Assembly (NCBI GenBank): GCA_041576165.1
Contig: JBFGLM010000006.1
Span: 32,001 to 96,000, forward strand
DNA length: 64,000 nt
Source of the DNA: Acidimicrobiia bacterium
GTDB taxonomy: Bacteria; Actinomycetota; Acidimicrobiia; Spongiisociales; Spongiisociaceae
Reading direction: 5' to 3'
Shown: piece after piece, positions 9,185 to 19,175 of the stretch
Layout of the letters: the number at the start of each line of letters is the position of its first letter
Position numbering within the stretch: the first letter of the stretch is position 1
Notes under the pieces: generated by a model
The model's input: only the letters and a program-made list of their open reading frames with translations
The model's database searches: none
Told to the model about the DNA's origin: nothing
Position numbers and translations under genes: made by a program

Positions 9185-10704
9185 GATGCCGCCTCCCTGG
9201 CGCCGGTCATATAGCTCCCCAGATCGCGGGGGGTGACGGTCGCCGGATCGAGGTCGGCCACCAACCGTCCCCGCAACATGACGTGGATGCGGTCGGACAG
9301 GCCGATCAGCTCCTCGAGATCGGCCGAGATGAGCAGGATTCCCATGCCCGACGCTCGAGCCGAGCGCAGCTCCTCCCATACGGCGGCTTGAGCTCCGACG
9401 TCGATACCCCGCGTGGGGTGTGCGGCAATCAGGAGGCTGATGTCGGAGGCAAGTTCCCTCCCCACGATGAGTTTTTGCTGGTTCCCGCCCGAGAGGGCGT
9501 GCGCCATCACGTCCACATTCGGCGTTCTGACGTCGAACCGTTCCACCACGTGCCGGGCGTGCTCCCGGGCCGCATCGGGATCGATCCAGAAGCCTGATTT
9601 CACGAACGGGGCCTGCTGCTGGCGCCCGAGCATGTCGTTCTCCCACAGCGGCGCGTTCAGAATCAGACCCCGTCGGTGGCGGTCTTCCGGAATGTACCCG
9701 ACGCCGGCCTCCCGCATCTTGCGAACCGGCCAGCTCGTCACGTCTTTGCCGTTGAGATGAACCGTGCCTGCATCCGCCTTGCGAATCCCGAGTATTGCCT
9801 CCACCAATTCGCTCTGTCCGTTGCCTTCCACGCCCGCGATCCCGACGATCTCTCCCTTGTGGACGGTCAAATCCACGTCTTGGATGGGGACGTCGGTGGC
9901 CGTACCCGCGACCGAGAGATCGCGGATCTCCATCACTGTCTCGTCCTGTACCGTCGATTCGCGGGTTTCGGGGGTCGGCAGCTCGGAGCCGACCATCAGC
10001 TCGGCGAGGTCCCGGGCGGTCACGTCTTCGGGCTTCACCGTGGCAACGTTCCGGCCCTGCCGGAGAACGGTGATCGTGTCCGCGATCTCGAGAACCTCCT
10101 CGAGTTTGTGGTCGATGAAGATGATCGTATGGCCTTCGGCCTTCAACTCCCGCAGATTGCGGAACAGCTCCTCGACTTCTTGGGGCACGAGCACTGCGGT
10201 CGGCTCGTCGAGGATGAGAATCTTCGCGCCGCGGAACAAGACTTTGATGATCTCGACGCGCTGACGTTCCCCAACGCCGAGCGTTTCGACGAGTTCGTCT
10301 GGTTCGACCTCGAGACCGTATGACCGGCTGACCTCGGCAATGTGTTCGTGCGCTTCGTCGAAGTCGAGGCGGCCGCCGTTGAGGGTTGGTTCGGCCCCGA
10401 GGATGACGTTCTCGAGCACCGTGAAGTTGTCGGCCAGCATGAAGTGCTGGTGCACCATCCCGATCCCGGCTGCAATCGCGTCCGTAGGCGAGTGGAATTC
10501 GACATGCTGCCCGTTGACATACATCTCGCCTTCGTCCGGCCGGAGCATGCCGTAGAGGATCTTCATGAGGGTGGACTTGCCGGCGCCGTTTTCACCGGCG
10601 ATAGCATGGATCTCGCCTGACTCGACCCGCAGGTTCACGTCGTCGTTGGCTACCACGCCCGGAAACCGTTTCGTGATCCCTTCGAGCAACACAGCGGGCT
10701 CGAT
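9181..10704 (-). CDS. Nucleoside ABC transporter ATP-binding protein (two ABC domains); start probably ATC 10704
   Basis: GENGAGKST, LILDEPT, LSGGNQQK. AAGGAGG lies 5 nt before ATC 10704; the ORF-track TTG 10746 has no SD. Confidence 0.93.
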   Translation of the reverse strand: MEPAVLLEGITKRFPGVVANDDVNLRVESGEIHAIAGENGAGKSTLMKILYGMLRPDEGEMYVNGQHVEFHSPTDAIAAGIGMVHQHFMLADNFTVLENVILGAEPTLNGGRLDFDEAHEHIAEVSRSYGLEVEPDELVETLGVGERQRVEIIKVLFRGAKILILDEPTAVLVPQEVEELFRNLRELKAEGHTIIFIDHKLEEVLEIADTITVLRQGRNVATVKPEDVTARDLAELMVGSELPTPETRESTVQDETVMEIRDLSVAGTATDVPIQDVDLTVHKGEIVGIAGVEGNGQSELVEAILGIRKADAGTVHLNGKDVTSWPVRKMREAGVGYIPEDRHRRGLILNAPLWENDMLGRQQQAPFVKSGFWIDPDAAREHARHVVERFDVRTPNVDVMAHALSGGNQQKLIVGRELASDISLLIAAHPTRGIDVGAQAAVWEELRSARASGMGILLISADLEELIGLSDRIHVMLRGRLVADLDPATVTPRDLGSYMTGAREAAS

Positions 10705-10751
10705 GATGTCCTCCTTCAGTCCCGCAAGCCAACGGCCCGGCACCAAAATAA

Positions 10752-10781
10752 CGTGGGACCGGACATTAGCCCGGTCCCACG
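10752..10781 (-). terminator. Intra-operon hairpin after the BMP lipoprotein gene
   Basis: cgtgggaccgg...ccggtcccacg, followed on the minus strand by ttatttt. Confidence 0.65.
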
Positions 10782-10803
10782 AGATCTCGCTGGTTCTGCT
10801 GGA

Positions 10804-11835
10804 CTATGCGGGTGACGTCGGTACGACGATGTCGCCGTCGATGATCTGCTGCTTGAACTCGTCGAGCTGATCCGCGATATCGTCGACGAAGCCACCGCTG
10901 GTCGAGTAACCCACGCCGTCGACGGAGAGGTCGAACACGACCGGACCCGGGGAGAACTCGTCGTTGGCTTGCGCTTCGATCGTCTCGAACACGGCAACGT
11001 CAACTCGCTTCAGCATCGACGTGAGGATGTACTCCTGGACGTCCTCACCTGCGGTCAGGTACTGATCAGAGTCGACCCCGATGGCCCATACCTTGGTGTT
11101 GTTCGCTTCGGAGTATTCCTTGGCAGCCTGGAACAGGCCGGCGCCGGTGCCGCCCGCCGCGTGGTAGACGATGTCCGCACCCTGCTCGAACATGGACTGA
11201 GCGATGACCCGTCCAGATGCCGGATCATTGAACCCGTCGAAGTTGGGCGGTTCTGTCACATACTGGGAGATGATCTCTATGTCAGGGTTCACGGCCTCGA
11301 CCCCGGCGATGAAACCAGCCTCGAACTTCTGAATGAGTTCGATGTTGACTCCACCGATGAATCCAACCTTGTCCGTCTGCGTCTTGAGCGCGGCAGCAGC
11401 TCCAACCAGGAACGATCCTTGCTCCTCGGCGAACACGAGGCCGGCGACGTTGGGCAGGTCGACCGAAGCGTCGTCCACGATGGCGAAGTTGACATCGGGG
11501 TTCGCAGTCGCCGCATTCGTCATCGGCTCGGCGAACAGGAACCCGACCCCGAACACGAGGTCGTTGCCCTCGGCCTGCAGGTTCAACAACTCCTCGCGGT
11601 TCGAACCGGTCTCATCCGCCGATGCTTCTGACGCACTGACACCCAGCTCGTCCGTAGCCCGATCGAGCCCAGCTGCGGCCGAGTCATTGAACGACTGGTC
11701 CCCACGGCCGCCGATGTCGTACACGAGCCCGATCGGGACGCCGTCGCCGCCGCCCGAATCGTCGCCGCACGCAGCTGCGACCAGCGCCAATACCGCGATG
11801 AGGAGCAGCCACCGTGTTTTCCTCACTACATTCAT
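10804..11835 (-). CDS. BMP-family (PnrA/TmpC-like) nucleoside-binding lipoprotein
   Basis: Lipobox VAAAC, GGRGDQSFN, FAEEQGSFLVG, IGVDSDQ, SMLKRVD. Confidence 0.95.
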   Translation of the reverse strand: MNVVRKTRWLLLIAVLALVAAACGDDSGGGDGVPIGLVYDIGGRGDQSFNDSAAAGLDRATDELGVSASEASADETGSNREELLNLQAEGNDLVFGVGFLFAEPMTNAATANPDVNFAIVDDASVDLPNVAGLVFAEEQGSFLVGAAAALKTQTDKVGFIGGVNIELIQKFEAGFIAGVEAVNPDIEIISQYVTEPPNFDGFNDPASGRVIAQSMFEQGADIVYHAAGGTGAGLFQAAKEYSEANNTKVWAIGVDSDQYLTAGEDVQEYILTSMLKRVDVAVFETIEAQANDEFSPGPVVFDLSVDGVGYSTSGGFVDDIADQLDEFKQQIIDGDIVVPTSPA

Positions 11836-11940
11836 CCGTTCTTCCTCCTATGTCGGGTACGCCCCAGGGGAAGTCGCGTACCGTGCGGTACTTTAACCCC
11901 AGAATGCTGGGGCGGCCTCGTTTGGGACTCGCGCCGCTGG

Positions 11941-13017
11941 TCAAACCGTCGCCCGTTCCAGCGCATTCACGAGGTCGGCGATCAGATCATCGCCGGCTTC
12001 GAGACCCACCGACAACCGGATCAGTCCTTCCGGTGCAGCCGGATCGACGGTCCGCCGATGCTCCGCCAGCGATTCGACTCCACCCAATGATGTTGCCGCC
12101 GCGAAGAGTCGCAAATGCTGCATCAGCCGGGAGGCCGCGTCATACGAGTCCAGCTCCAACGACAGGATGCCCCCGCCGAGATTCATCTGGCGGCGAGCGA
12201 CATCCACGCCCGGCTGGCCGGGCAGAAACGGATACCACACCTGGAGCCCGCGCCCGGCAAGCTCCTCGGCGATCCGGGTGGCGGACTCGGAAGCGCGGGC
12301 GACCCGGAGCGCCAGGGTGCGGACCCCGCGCAGGGTGAGCCATGTCTCGAGGCTTCCCGGAATCGAACCGCCCCGGCTGCGATGGCCCCGCAAGTCGTCT
12401 GCCAACGCCGAATCCGTAGTGACTAGCACGCCACCGATAGCGTCGGAGTGGCCGCCGATCGCCTTGGTGGTGGAGTGCATGACCGCGTCCGCGCCCAGTC
12501 GGAGTGGCTGTTGGATGATGGGGGTGGCGAAAGTGCCGTCGACCACGAGCTTGCCGCCCGCCCCGTGTACCTGTTCGGCAGCAGCAGCGATGTCGGTGAC
12601 CAGACACTTGGGGTTGGAGGGGGTCTCGACCCACAGCAGGTCACCCGCGCCGACTGATTCGTGACTGCCCAGCTCCAGCCGGCCGGCGGCCGCCTCGGCC
12701 TCGGCCCAGGCCCGGGTACCGTGATACACCTCGGACGGCAGCAACAGACGGCGAGGTGCGATGACCTGGACCACCGCCGCGATGGCCGCCATGCCTGACC
12801 CGAACGTGACTGCCTCGCCCCCATCGAGCGCACCGAGCACGGCCTCGAGCCGGCGCCTGGTCGTGACCTCGGGGTCGCGGATGTAGACCGGCCCCTCCCC
12901 CGCCGAGCGGTCGAAGGTGGTGCTCACGTGGAGTGGCGGAGCCACGTCCGCCACCTGCTCGATGCCTTTGTCGGCATGAAGGGCGAGGGTGGCTGGATCC
13001 AACGGGCCGTCAGGCAT
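11941..13017 (-). CDS. Cys/Met metabolism PLP-dependent enzyme (cystathionine gamma-synthase/lyase family)
   Basis: FGSGMAAI, WVETPSNP, HSTTKAIGGHSD (PLP lysine), ATSLGGVESL, IRLSVGLE. Confidence 0.93.
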   Translation of the reverse strand: MPDGPLDPATLALHADKGIEQVADVAPPLHVSTTFDRSAGEGPVYIRDPEVTTRRRLEAVLGALDGGEAVTFGSGMAAIAAVVQVIAPRRLLLPSEVYHGTRAWAEAEAAAGRLELGSHESVGAGDLLWVETPSNPKCLVTDIAAAAEQVHGAGGKLVVDGTFATPIIQQPLRLGADAVMHSTTKAIGGHSDAIGGVLVTTDSALADDLRGHRSRGGSIPGSLETWLTLRGVRTLALRVARASESATRIAEELAGRGLQVWYPFLPGQPGVDVARRQMNLGGGILSLELDSYDAASRLMQHLRLFAAATSLGGVESLAEHRRTVDPAAPEGLIRLSVGLEAGDDLIADLVNALERATV

Positions 13018-13137
13018 GGCCGCAGACGATAACGCCGTCCGCGATCCGACGTGCCGCGCCACCGGAAGTCCGGTGCCAGGCCGGAACCGGCGGGGCGGAC
13101 ACGCCGGACCAAGGACGGCGTCTCGAGCGGAGCGGAT

Positions 13138-14820
13138 CTACGTCACACGACCGCCGGTGAGCGAGTCGGTGAGGGTCCGAAATTCTGACCAGCGGCCGTG
13201 GGCCAGCAGGTGGGCTTGCATCGGCCAGGTTCCGGGGTCGTGGATGCGGAAACGAGGACCGGCCTCGTCCAGGATCCGTTGCAGACGCTCGCTGCTCGAT
13301 CGAGACAGCTCCATCCAGGTGGTGATCCCGGCGGCGTGGCACAGGCGCTCGATCTGCGGGCCGATTCCCTCCACCAGCGTCAGCTCGTCCAGCTTCACCC
13401 GGTGACCGAGGACCTGTTTTGCCTCGCCCAGGTCGGGTTGCGGCTGGTCCGCCGGCGACCTGGTGTCCGGGTAGCGTCCGCCGTCGAGATGATCGGCCAA
13501 CCGGAGGAATTCCTCCCACCTGCCGTTGGCGAGCAGCCCGGCCTGTATGGGCCAGGTCTCCGGATCGTGCATCCGGAATCGGCGACCGGCGTCTTCGAGG
13601 ATTCCACGCAGGGTGGCGGTGTCGGTCGCCGCCAGGCCCCGCCACGTGTCGATGCCGTTGGTCGAGAGCAGACGGGCTATCGCCGGCCCGACACCCTCCA
13701 CGAGGGTCAGGTCTTCTGCCTGGACCCGGCGCCCCAGCACGGATGCTGCCGATGAAGTATCGGGATCCGGCGTCTTCAACGCGGCTATCTCATCGCGGAG
13801 GTCGATGACCTCTACCTCGAGAGGCTCCAGCACATTGATCCGAGTCCGGAGGCTGCTCAGCTCGGCATCGGTCGTCTCCAGCTCGTTGACCCGAGCCAGC
13901 AGCTCGGGGATCCGGGCGTTGTCGGATCGAAGTGATGCAACCTCTCGGTTCAGCTCGGTCAGCTCGGCGATACGGCCTTCCAAGTCCCCGATTTGGCGGC
14001 TGAGCGCCTCGACGTCATCCGCACCGGATTCCGGGGCTTGCTCCACGCGAGCGGTGAGCTCGGCGTTGAGAGCCTCCAGCTCACCGACACGAGCCCGCAG
14101 CTTGCCGGCTTCGGCGGTTGACCGGTCCAGCCCCGCTACCCGGCTTCGCAGCTCAGCCAGCTCAGCGGTATCTGCCTCCAGCTCCGCCGCTCTGGCCCGG
14201 AGCCTTTCCAGCTCGCCGGCGGCAGCGTCCAGCGCTCCATATTTGTTTGTGAACCCGGCAACGGTATCCACCTTGGCTTCCAGCTCACCGATCGTGCCGC
14301 GCAGTCTCCCCAACTCAGCATTCGCGTCCTCCAGCTCTCCAATCCGCGACCGCAGAGCGGCCAGCTCCGCGTTCTCCGTCTCTAGCTCACCTATCCGCAC
14401 CCGCAAGCCCGCTAGCTCGGCGTTGTCCATCTCCAACTCAGAAATGCGAGCCCGCCAGCCCGCCAGCTCCGCGTTCTCGGACTCAAGCTCGGTGATGCGG
14501 GCGGCCATTGCCGGGACCTCACTCTCGAGCGGTTCGAGTTCACAGATCCGTGAGGTCAAGCCCGTGTGCTCGGCTTCGGCGGCGGCGAGGCGGTCGCTGA
14601 GCGTGGCCGCTTCCCCACGGGCGGCTTCGGCTCGAGCGGCATGCTCATCAGCAGTGGCCAGATTCGCTTCCGCCAGCGTGCGCAAGCCGGACAGCTCCTC
14701 CAGCTGTCGGTTGCGGCGGCTGATCCACCATGAGCACCACCAGTAGGCGAGGCCCACCAGAAAGCCAACGATCAGCGCTCCGATCACCCACGGCAGTATC
14801 TGTGTGAAGACGTAACCCAT
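13138..14820 (-). CDS. Membrane-anchored coiled-coil protein with two C-terminal HhH-like (COG3743/DUF4332-like) modules
   Basis: N-terminal TM helix, long coiled coil, duplicated (D/E)LTLVEG(V/I)GP.I.RL....GI.TW..L...HDP.TWP.QA.LLA.GRW.EF. Confidence 0.85.
   Translation of the reverse strand: MGYVFTQILPWVIGALIVGFLVGLAYWWCSWWISRRNRQLEELSGLRTLAEANLATADEHAARAEAARGEAATLSDRLAAAEAEHTGLTSRICELEPLESEVPAMAARITELESENAELAGWRARISELEMDNAELAGLRVRIGELETENAELAALRSRIGELEDANAELGRLRGTIGELEAKVDTVAGFTNKYGALDAAAGELERLRARAAELEADTAELAELRSRVAGLDRSTAEAGKLRARVGELEALNAELTARVEQAPESGADDVEALSRQIGDLEGRIAELTELNREVASLRSDNARIPELLARVNELETTDAELSSLRTRINVLEPLEVEVIDLRDEIAALKTPDPDTSSAASVLGRRVQAEDLTLVEGVGPAIARLLSTNGIDTWRGLAATDTATLRGILEDAGRRFRMHDPETWPIQAGLLANGRWEEFLRLADHLDGGRYPDTRSPADQPQPDLGEAKQVLGHRVKLDELTLVEGIGPQIERLCHAAGITTWMELSRSSSERLQRILDEAGPRFRIHDPGTWPMQAHLLAHGRWSEFRTLTDSLTGGRVT
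14281..14500 (-). repeat. 51-bp (17-aa) degenerate tandem repeat inside the coiled-coil gene
   Basis: ARITELESENAELAGWR / ARISELEMDNAELAGLR / VRIGELETENAELAALR / SRIGELEDANAELGRLR. Confidence 0.85.
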
Positions 14821-16269
14821 TCATCCCTCCAAGAATTCGATGCGGCGGTTCTGTGCGCGTCCAGCTGCAGTGGTGTTCTCGGCCACCGGTTGCGCTTCGC
14901 CATAACCAACCGGAAGCAATCTCGCGGCCGCCACGCCCTGCCCTGCCAGATAATCCCAAACGGTCTCTGCTCGGGCCTGACTCAACGCCAAGTTGGCGGC
15001 CTCGTCCCCCCGATCGTCGGTATGCCCTGCGATCTCGATACGCACCTGACGGTCGACGCTCATGGCACGGGTCAGTACGTCGGCGACTCGATCAAGAGTG
15101 GCGGATCCGTTCTCCGTCAGCTCAGCGGACCCGGATGCGAACGTGATCGTGTCGCGCGCCAGCACTTGTTCGATGGCACGGGTTGCTGCTTGGCCGGCGT
15201 CGATGTCCGTCCGTGCCCGCGCTGCGTCTGCCCCCTCCGCTGCCACGGTCAGATTTGCCAGACCGTCCAATGAAGAGGCAGTGCCGCGGATGCCAAGCGT
15301 GGCGTCACGCAAACGTAGGTCGCCGGACTCGAGCGCTCCGGGGAGCAAACCGATCAGGTCGGCCGCCTCAGCGATGGCTTCCATCTGCTCCGCCGTCGCA
15401 GCGACTCCTTCGACAGTTAGTTCGTCGACCACTCCGGCGCCGCCGAAGGCCGCCTCGGCGGCCGCCACCAGCTGCGTGCGGGCGGCCTCGTCGGGGACCA
15501 CCCCGGTGAGGCTGATACCCGTGGCCGTCAGCACGGCGCTGAAATCCGTCGCCGCCACCCGCGGGGCCAGAATGTCGGCCCGCCCTTCGATACCCGTCAG
15601 CGACTCGATCGACGATCTGAGTGAGCGGGCGCTCGCAACGGTCGCCGCTTCGCCACGCACCGCCAGCGTCGAATTGTCGAGCGCTAGCCGTCCCGACGCG
15701 AGCCGTTCGGGAAGCAGATCGATCACGTTCGCCAGCTCGGTTGCGGCCGCAGTCACTTCCGGTGCAGCGACAACACCTCCCACCATCAGGTCGTAGGTAG
15801 TGTTCTGCTCACCAAAAGCTGATTCGGCGGCGGCCACGAGCAACGCCCGGGTCGCCTCGTCAGGGACCACGCCCTGGAGGATCATGCGGCCACCGTCCAC
15901 GGTGCCGGTGACGTCGATATTGCCGGCGTTGACATCGATGGCGGCTGCCGTCACCTCGGTCGGGGCCGGGGGCGCCGACTCGGGCTCGCCGCCCGTACCG
16001 ACGAAACGTACATCTTGGGTGGCTGCCAGAGCACCGGCGACGGATAGCGCGTCGGTTTCGAGCATGTGGGGACCTGCGAGCGTCACGTTCCGGTAGGCGA
16101 CGTCATCGACGGTGACTTCCTCCATGCCCGCCACGTCGAGTGCGGAGCGGACGGAATCCGCAACGTCGGTTTCGACAGTGGTACAGGCCCCGATCGTGAA
16201 CAGGGCAGCCAGGCCGACCAGCATCGGTACCAACACCGGCGCGCGCATCAGACGGCACAGGCGAGCCAT
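14821..16269 (-). CDS. Lipoprotein with BON-like repeats and C-terminal OmpA peptidoglycan-binding domain (ArfA/Rv0899-like architecture)
   Basis: ATG 16269 after GGAGGAG. Lipobox TIGAC, repeated L.GVVPDEA.R..LVAAAE.AFG, C-terminus GHTDDRG..NLALSQARA..GYGE..NRRIEF. Confidence 0.88.
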   Translation of the reverse strand: MARLCRLMRAPVLVPMLVGLAALFTIGACTTVETDVADSVRSALDVAGMEEVTVDDVAYRNVTLAGPHMLETDALSVAGALAATQDVRFVGTGGEPESAPPAPTEVTAAAIDVNAGNIDVTGTVDGGRMILQGVVPDEATRALLVAAAESAFGEQNTTYDLMVGGVVAAPEVTAAATELANVIDLLPERLASGRLALDNSTLAVRGEAATVASARSLRSSIESLTGIEGRADILAPRVAATDFSAVLTATGISLTGVVPDEAARTQLVAAAEAAFGGAGVVDELTVEGVAATAEQMEAIAEAADLIGLLPGALESGDLRLRDATLGIRGTASSLDGLANLTVAAEGADAARARTDIDAGQAATRAIEQVLARDTITFASGSAELTENGSATLDRVADVLTRAMSVDRQVRIEIAGHTDDRGDEAANLALSQARAETVWDYLAGQGVAAARLLPVGYGEAQPVAENTTAAGRAQNRRIEFLEG

Positions 16270-16406
16270 CGACTCCTCCATGGGTAGCGGACGGCTCGTT
16301 AAGCCTGTCCTCTCTCTCACCTGGTTCGACGGAGGAGTCCAGCGAAAGTTCCCTCGCTATTTCCACGCGCGACTGCCGGAGCGGTCAGACGTTTGGAGGA
16401 GGTGCG

Positions 16407-16435
16407 GATAGGGCCGCCCTCGGGGCGGCCCTATC
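16407..16435. terminator. Hairpin terminator after clpC
   Basis: gatagggccgccc-tcg-gggcggccctatc, immediately downstream of the stop. Confidence 0.75.
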
Positions 16436-16438
16436 GGC

Positions 16439-18937
16439 TCAGTTCTCGGTGTCGGCCAGGTCGACAGGCGGAACGTCAGGCGTCTCGACCATCTCGAACG
16501 TCAGTTCGTCCACCTCTTCGTCGACATCCACCACGATGGTGGTACCGGCCGAGAAGTCGCCCATGAGGACCTTCTCCGACAGCGGATCCTCGAGGTGGCG
16601 CTGGATAGCTCGACGGAGCGGACGGGCCCCCAGCGACTGGTCGTAGCCCTTTTCCACCAGGAACACCTTGGCGTCGTCGGTGAGCACCAGGTCGAGTGCC
16701 TGGCTGGCGAGCTGCTCCCGGTCCCGAACCAGCATCAGCTCGACGATCTCCTTGACCTCGTCCTTGGTCAGCTCGTGATAGACGATGACCTCGTCGATCC
16801 GGTTGAGGAACTCCGGACGGAAATGTCGCTTCAGCTCTTCGGTGACCTTCTCTTTCATCTTCTCGTAGGTCACCTCGTCCGAATCGTGCTGGAAGCCGAT
16901 CGCCTTCTTACGCAGATCGGCCGTTCCCAGGTTGGACGTCATGATGATGACCGTGTTCTTGAAGTCGACCTGGCGCCCTTGCGCATCGGTCAGGCGGCCA
17001 TCTTCCAGGATCTGCAGCAGCGTGTTGAAGACGTCTGGGTGCGCCTTCTCGATCTCGTCGAATAGCACCACCGAGAAAGGCTTGCGCCGGACCGCTTCGG
17101 TCAGCTGCCCGCCCTCGTCATAACCCACGTATCCGGGAGGGGACCCGACGAGCCGGCTCACCGTGTGCTTCTCCATGTACTCGGACATGTCCAGCTGAAT
17201 GAGGGCGCTCTCGTCGCCGAACAGGAATTCGGCCAGCGTCTTGGCGGTCTCGGTCTTCCCAACCCCGGACGGCCCCAGGAATATGAACGAGCCGGACGGG
17301 CGCTTGGGGTCTTTGAGACCGGCGCGGGTGCGGCGGATGGCCCGACTGACCGCGCTGATCGCGTCGTGCTGGCCGATGATCCGCTTGTGCAGCTCGGCTT
17401 CCATGTTGACGAGCCGGGCGGTCTCCTCCTCGGTGAGCCGGTGGACGGGGATACCCGTCCACTGGGCGAGAACCTCGGCGATCTCGTCTTCGTCGATCAC
17501 CGAGCCGATCGGCGTTCCGGCCGCGGCCAGGTCGGCCTCGTGCTGGGCGCGTTCCCCTAGCAGCGTACGTTCCTGGTCGCGCAGCTGTGCGGCCCGCTCG
17601 AAATTCTGTGTCTGGACCGCGTCGGATTTGTCCCTGCGAACCTGATTGAGGCGCTCGTCGATCTGCTTGATCTCGGGCCCGCCACCCTTGCGATAGATGC
17701 GGTTGCGGCTTCCCGCCTCATCGATGAGGTCAATTGCCTTGTCCGGCAGGAATCGATCGGAGATGTAGCGGTCGGCCAGATTGGCCGCCATCACCAGGGC
17801 GTCATCGGTGAAACGCACACTGTGGTGCGCCTCGTAACGGTCCTTCAGACCCTGCAGGATCTGGATGGTCTCGGCCACCGTCGGCTCTTCGACCTGCACC
17901 GGCTGAAACCGGCGCTCCAGCGCAGAGTCCTTTTCGAGGTATTTGCGGTACTCCTCCAGGGTGGTGGCCCCGATGGTCTGGAGCTCGCCCCGGGCCAGCA
18001 TCGGCTTGAGGATGCTGGCAGCGTCGATCGCTCCCTCGGCCGCCCCGGCGCCTACCAGGGTGTGGATCTCGTCGATGAAGAGGATGATGTCGCCCCGGGT
18101 CTTGATTTCCTTCAGGACCTTCTTGAGGCGCTCCTCGAAATCTCCTCGGTAGCGCGAGCCGGCCACCAGGGCACCGAGGTCGAGGGTGTAGAGCTGCTTG
18201 TTGGTGAGCGTCTCAGGAACCTCGGAATTGACGATCTTCTGCGCCAGGCCTTCGACAATCGCGGTCTTCCCGACGCCCGGTTCACCGATCAGCACCGGGT
18301 TGTTCTTGGAGCGGCGGGAGAGAATCTGCATCACACGCTCGATCTCTGTAGCTCGGCCGATGACGGGATCGAGCTTGCGCTCTCTCGCCATCTGAGCCAG
18401 GTTGCGACCAAATTGATCGAGCACGGTAGAGCCCGACGGCCCGGACTCGCTGCTGCCGCGACCGGACTGGGTGGAACTGGCGGCGGTTTGTTCCTCACCT
18501 GATACCCCGGACAGCAGCTGGATGACGGTTTGACGAACCTTGGGGAGGTCGGCCCCCAGCTTCTGCAGCACCTGGGCGGCGACGCCTTCCCCTTCCCGGA
18601 TCAAACCCAGCAGGATGTGCTCGGTCCCGATGTAGTTGTGGCCGAGCTGCAATGCTTCGCGCAAAGACAGCTCGAGGACCTTCTTGGCGCGCGGGGTGAA
18701 GGGGATGTGGCCGGACGGCGACTGCTGGCCCTGGCCGATGATCTCAACGACCTGGCTGCGAACTGAATCCAGGTTGATTCCCAGGCTCTCCAAACCACGC
18801 GCGGCGACGCCTTCGCCTTCGTGGATTAGGCCAAGGAGGATGTGCTCGGTTCCGATGTAGTTGTGGTTGAGAAGCCTCGCCTCTTCCTGCGCAAGGACCA
18901 CGACCCGGCGGGCCCTGTCTGTAAATCGCTCAAACAT
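16439..18937 (-). CDS. clpC: ATP-dependent Clp protease ATP-binding subunit ClpC
   Basis: [21 protein letters not shown], two AAA+ modules ([16 protein letters not shown]), UVR-like middle domain. Confidence 0.98.
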   Translation of the reverse strand: MFERFTDRARRVVVLAQEEARLLNHNYIGTEHILLGLIHEGEGVAARGLESLGINLDSVRSQVVEIIGQGQQSPSGHIPFTPRAKKVLELSLREALQLGHNYIGTEHILLGLIREGEGVAAQVLQKLGADLPKVRQTVIQLLSGVSGEEQTAASSTQSGRGSSESGPSGSTVLDQFGRNLAQMARERKLDPVIGRATEIERVMQILSRRSKNNPVLIGEPGVGKTAIVEGLAQKIVNSEVPETLTNKQLYTLDLGALVAGSRYRGDFEERLKKVLKEIKTRGDIILFIDEIHTLVGAGAAEGAIDAASILKPMLARGELQTIGATTLEEYRKYLEKDSALERRFQPVQVEEPTVAETIQILQGLKDRYEAHHSVRFTDDALVMAANLADRYISDRFLPDKAIDLIDEAGSRNRIYRKGGGPEIKQIDERLNQVRRDKSDAVQTQNFERAAQLRDQERTLLGERAQHEADLAAAGTPIGSVIDEDEIAEVLAQWTGIPVHRLTEEETARLVNMEAELHKRIIGQHDAISAVSRAIRRTRAGLKDPKRPSGSFIFLGPSGVGKTETAKTLAEFLFGDESALIQLDMSEYMEKHTVSRLVGSPPGYVGYDEGGQLTEAVRRKPFSVVLFDEIEKAHPDVFNTLLQILEDGRLTDAQGRQVDFKNTVIIMTSNLGTADLRKKAIGFQHDSDEVTYEKMKEKVTEELKRHFRPEFLNRIDEVIVYHELTKDEVKEIVELMLVRDREQLASQALDLVLTDDAKVFLVEKGYDQSLGARPLRRAIQRHLEDPLSEKVLMGDFSAGTTIVVDVDEEVDELTFEMVETPDVPPVDLADTEN

Positions 18938-19080
18938 CGGCGATCAGCCTCCTAACGGTCCGACGCACCCAAATCTCTGGCCATCGGGTGCGCCTCGCGG
19001 AGTATAGCCCCGGGCTGCACCAAGCTTCGCGGCTCCCGTCCGGCCCGGACAAGTCCGATTCAAAGCCCGTTTCACAGATA

Positions 19081-19108
19081 CAACCCCCATCCCTCCGTGG
19101 CGCATTCC
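19081..19108 (-). promoter_or_regulatory. Putative SigH/SigR-type promoter for clpC
   Basis: Minus strand GGAAT-N19-GTTG. A TATACT -10 also occurs at 19001-19006. Confidence 0.55.
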
Positions 19109-19175
19109 GCCGATTATCGGTGCGTCGATCGAGCACTACCATGCTGGCGGTCAGCAAGGTATTGGTGTTTTCGGA

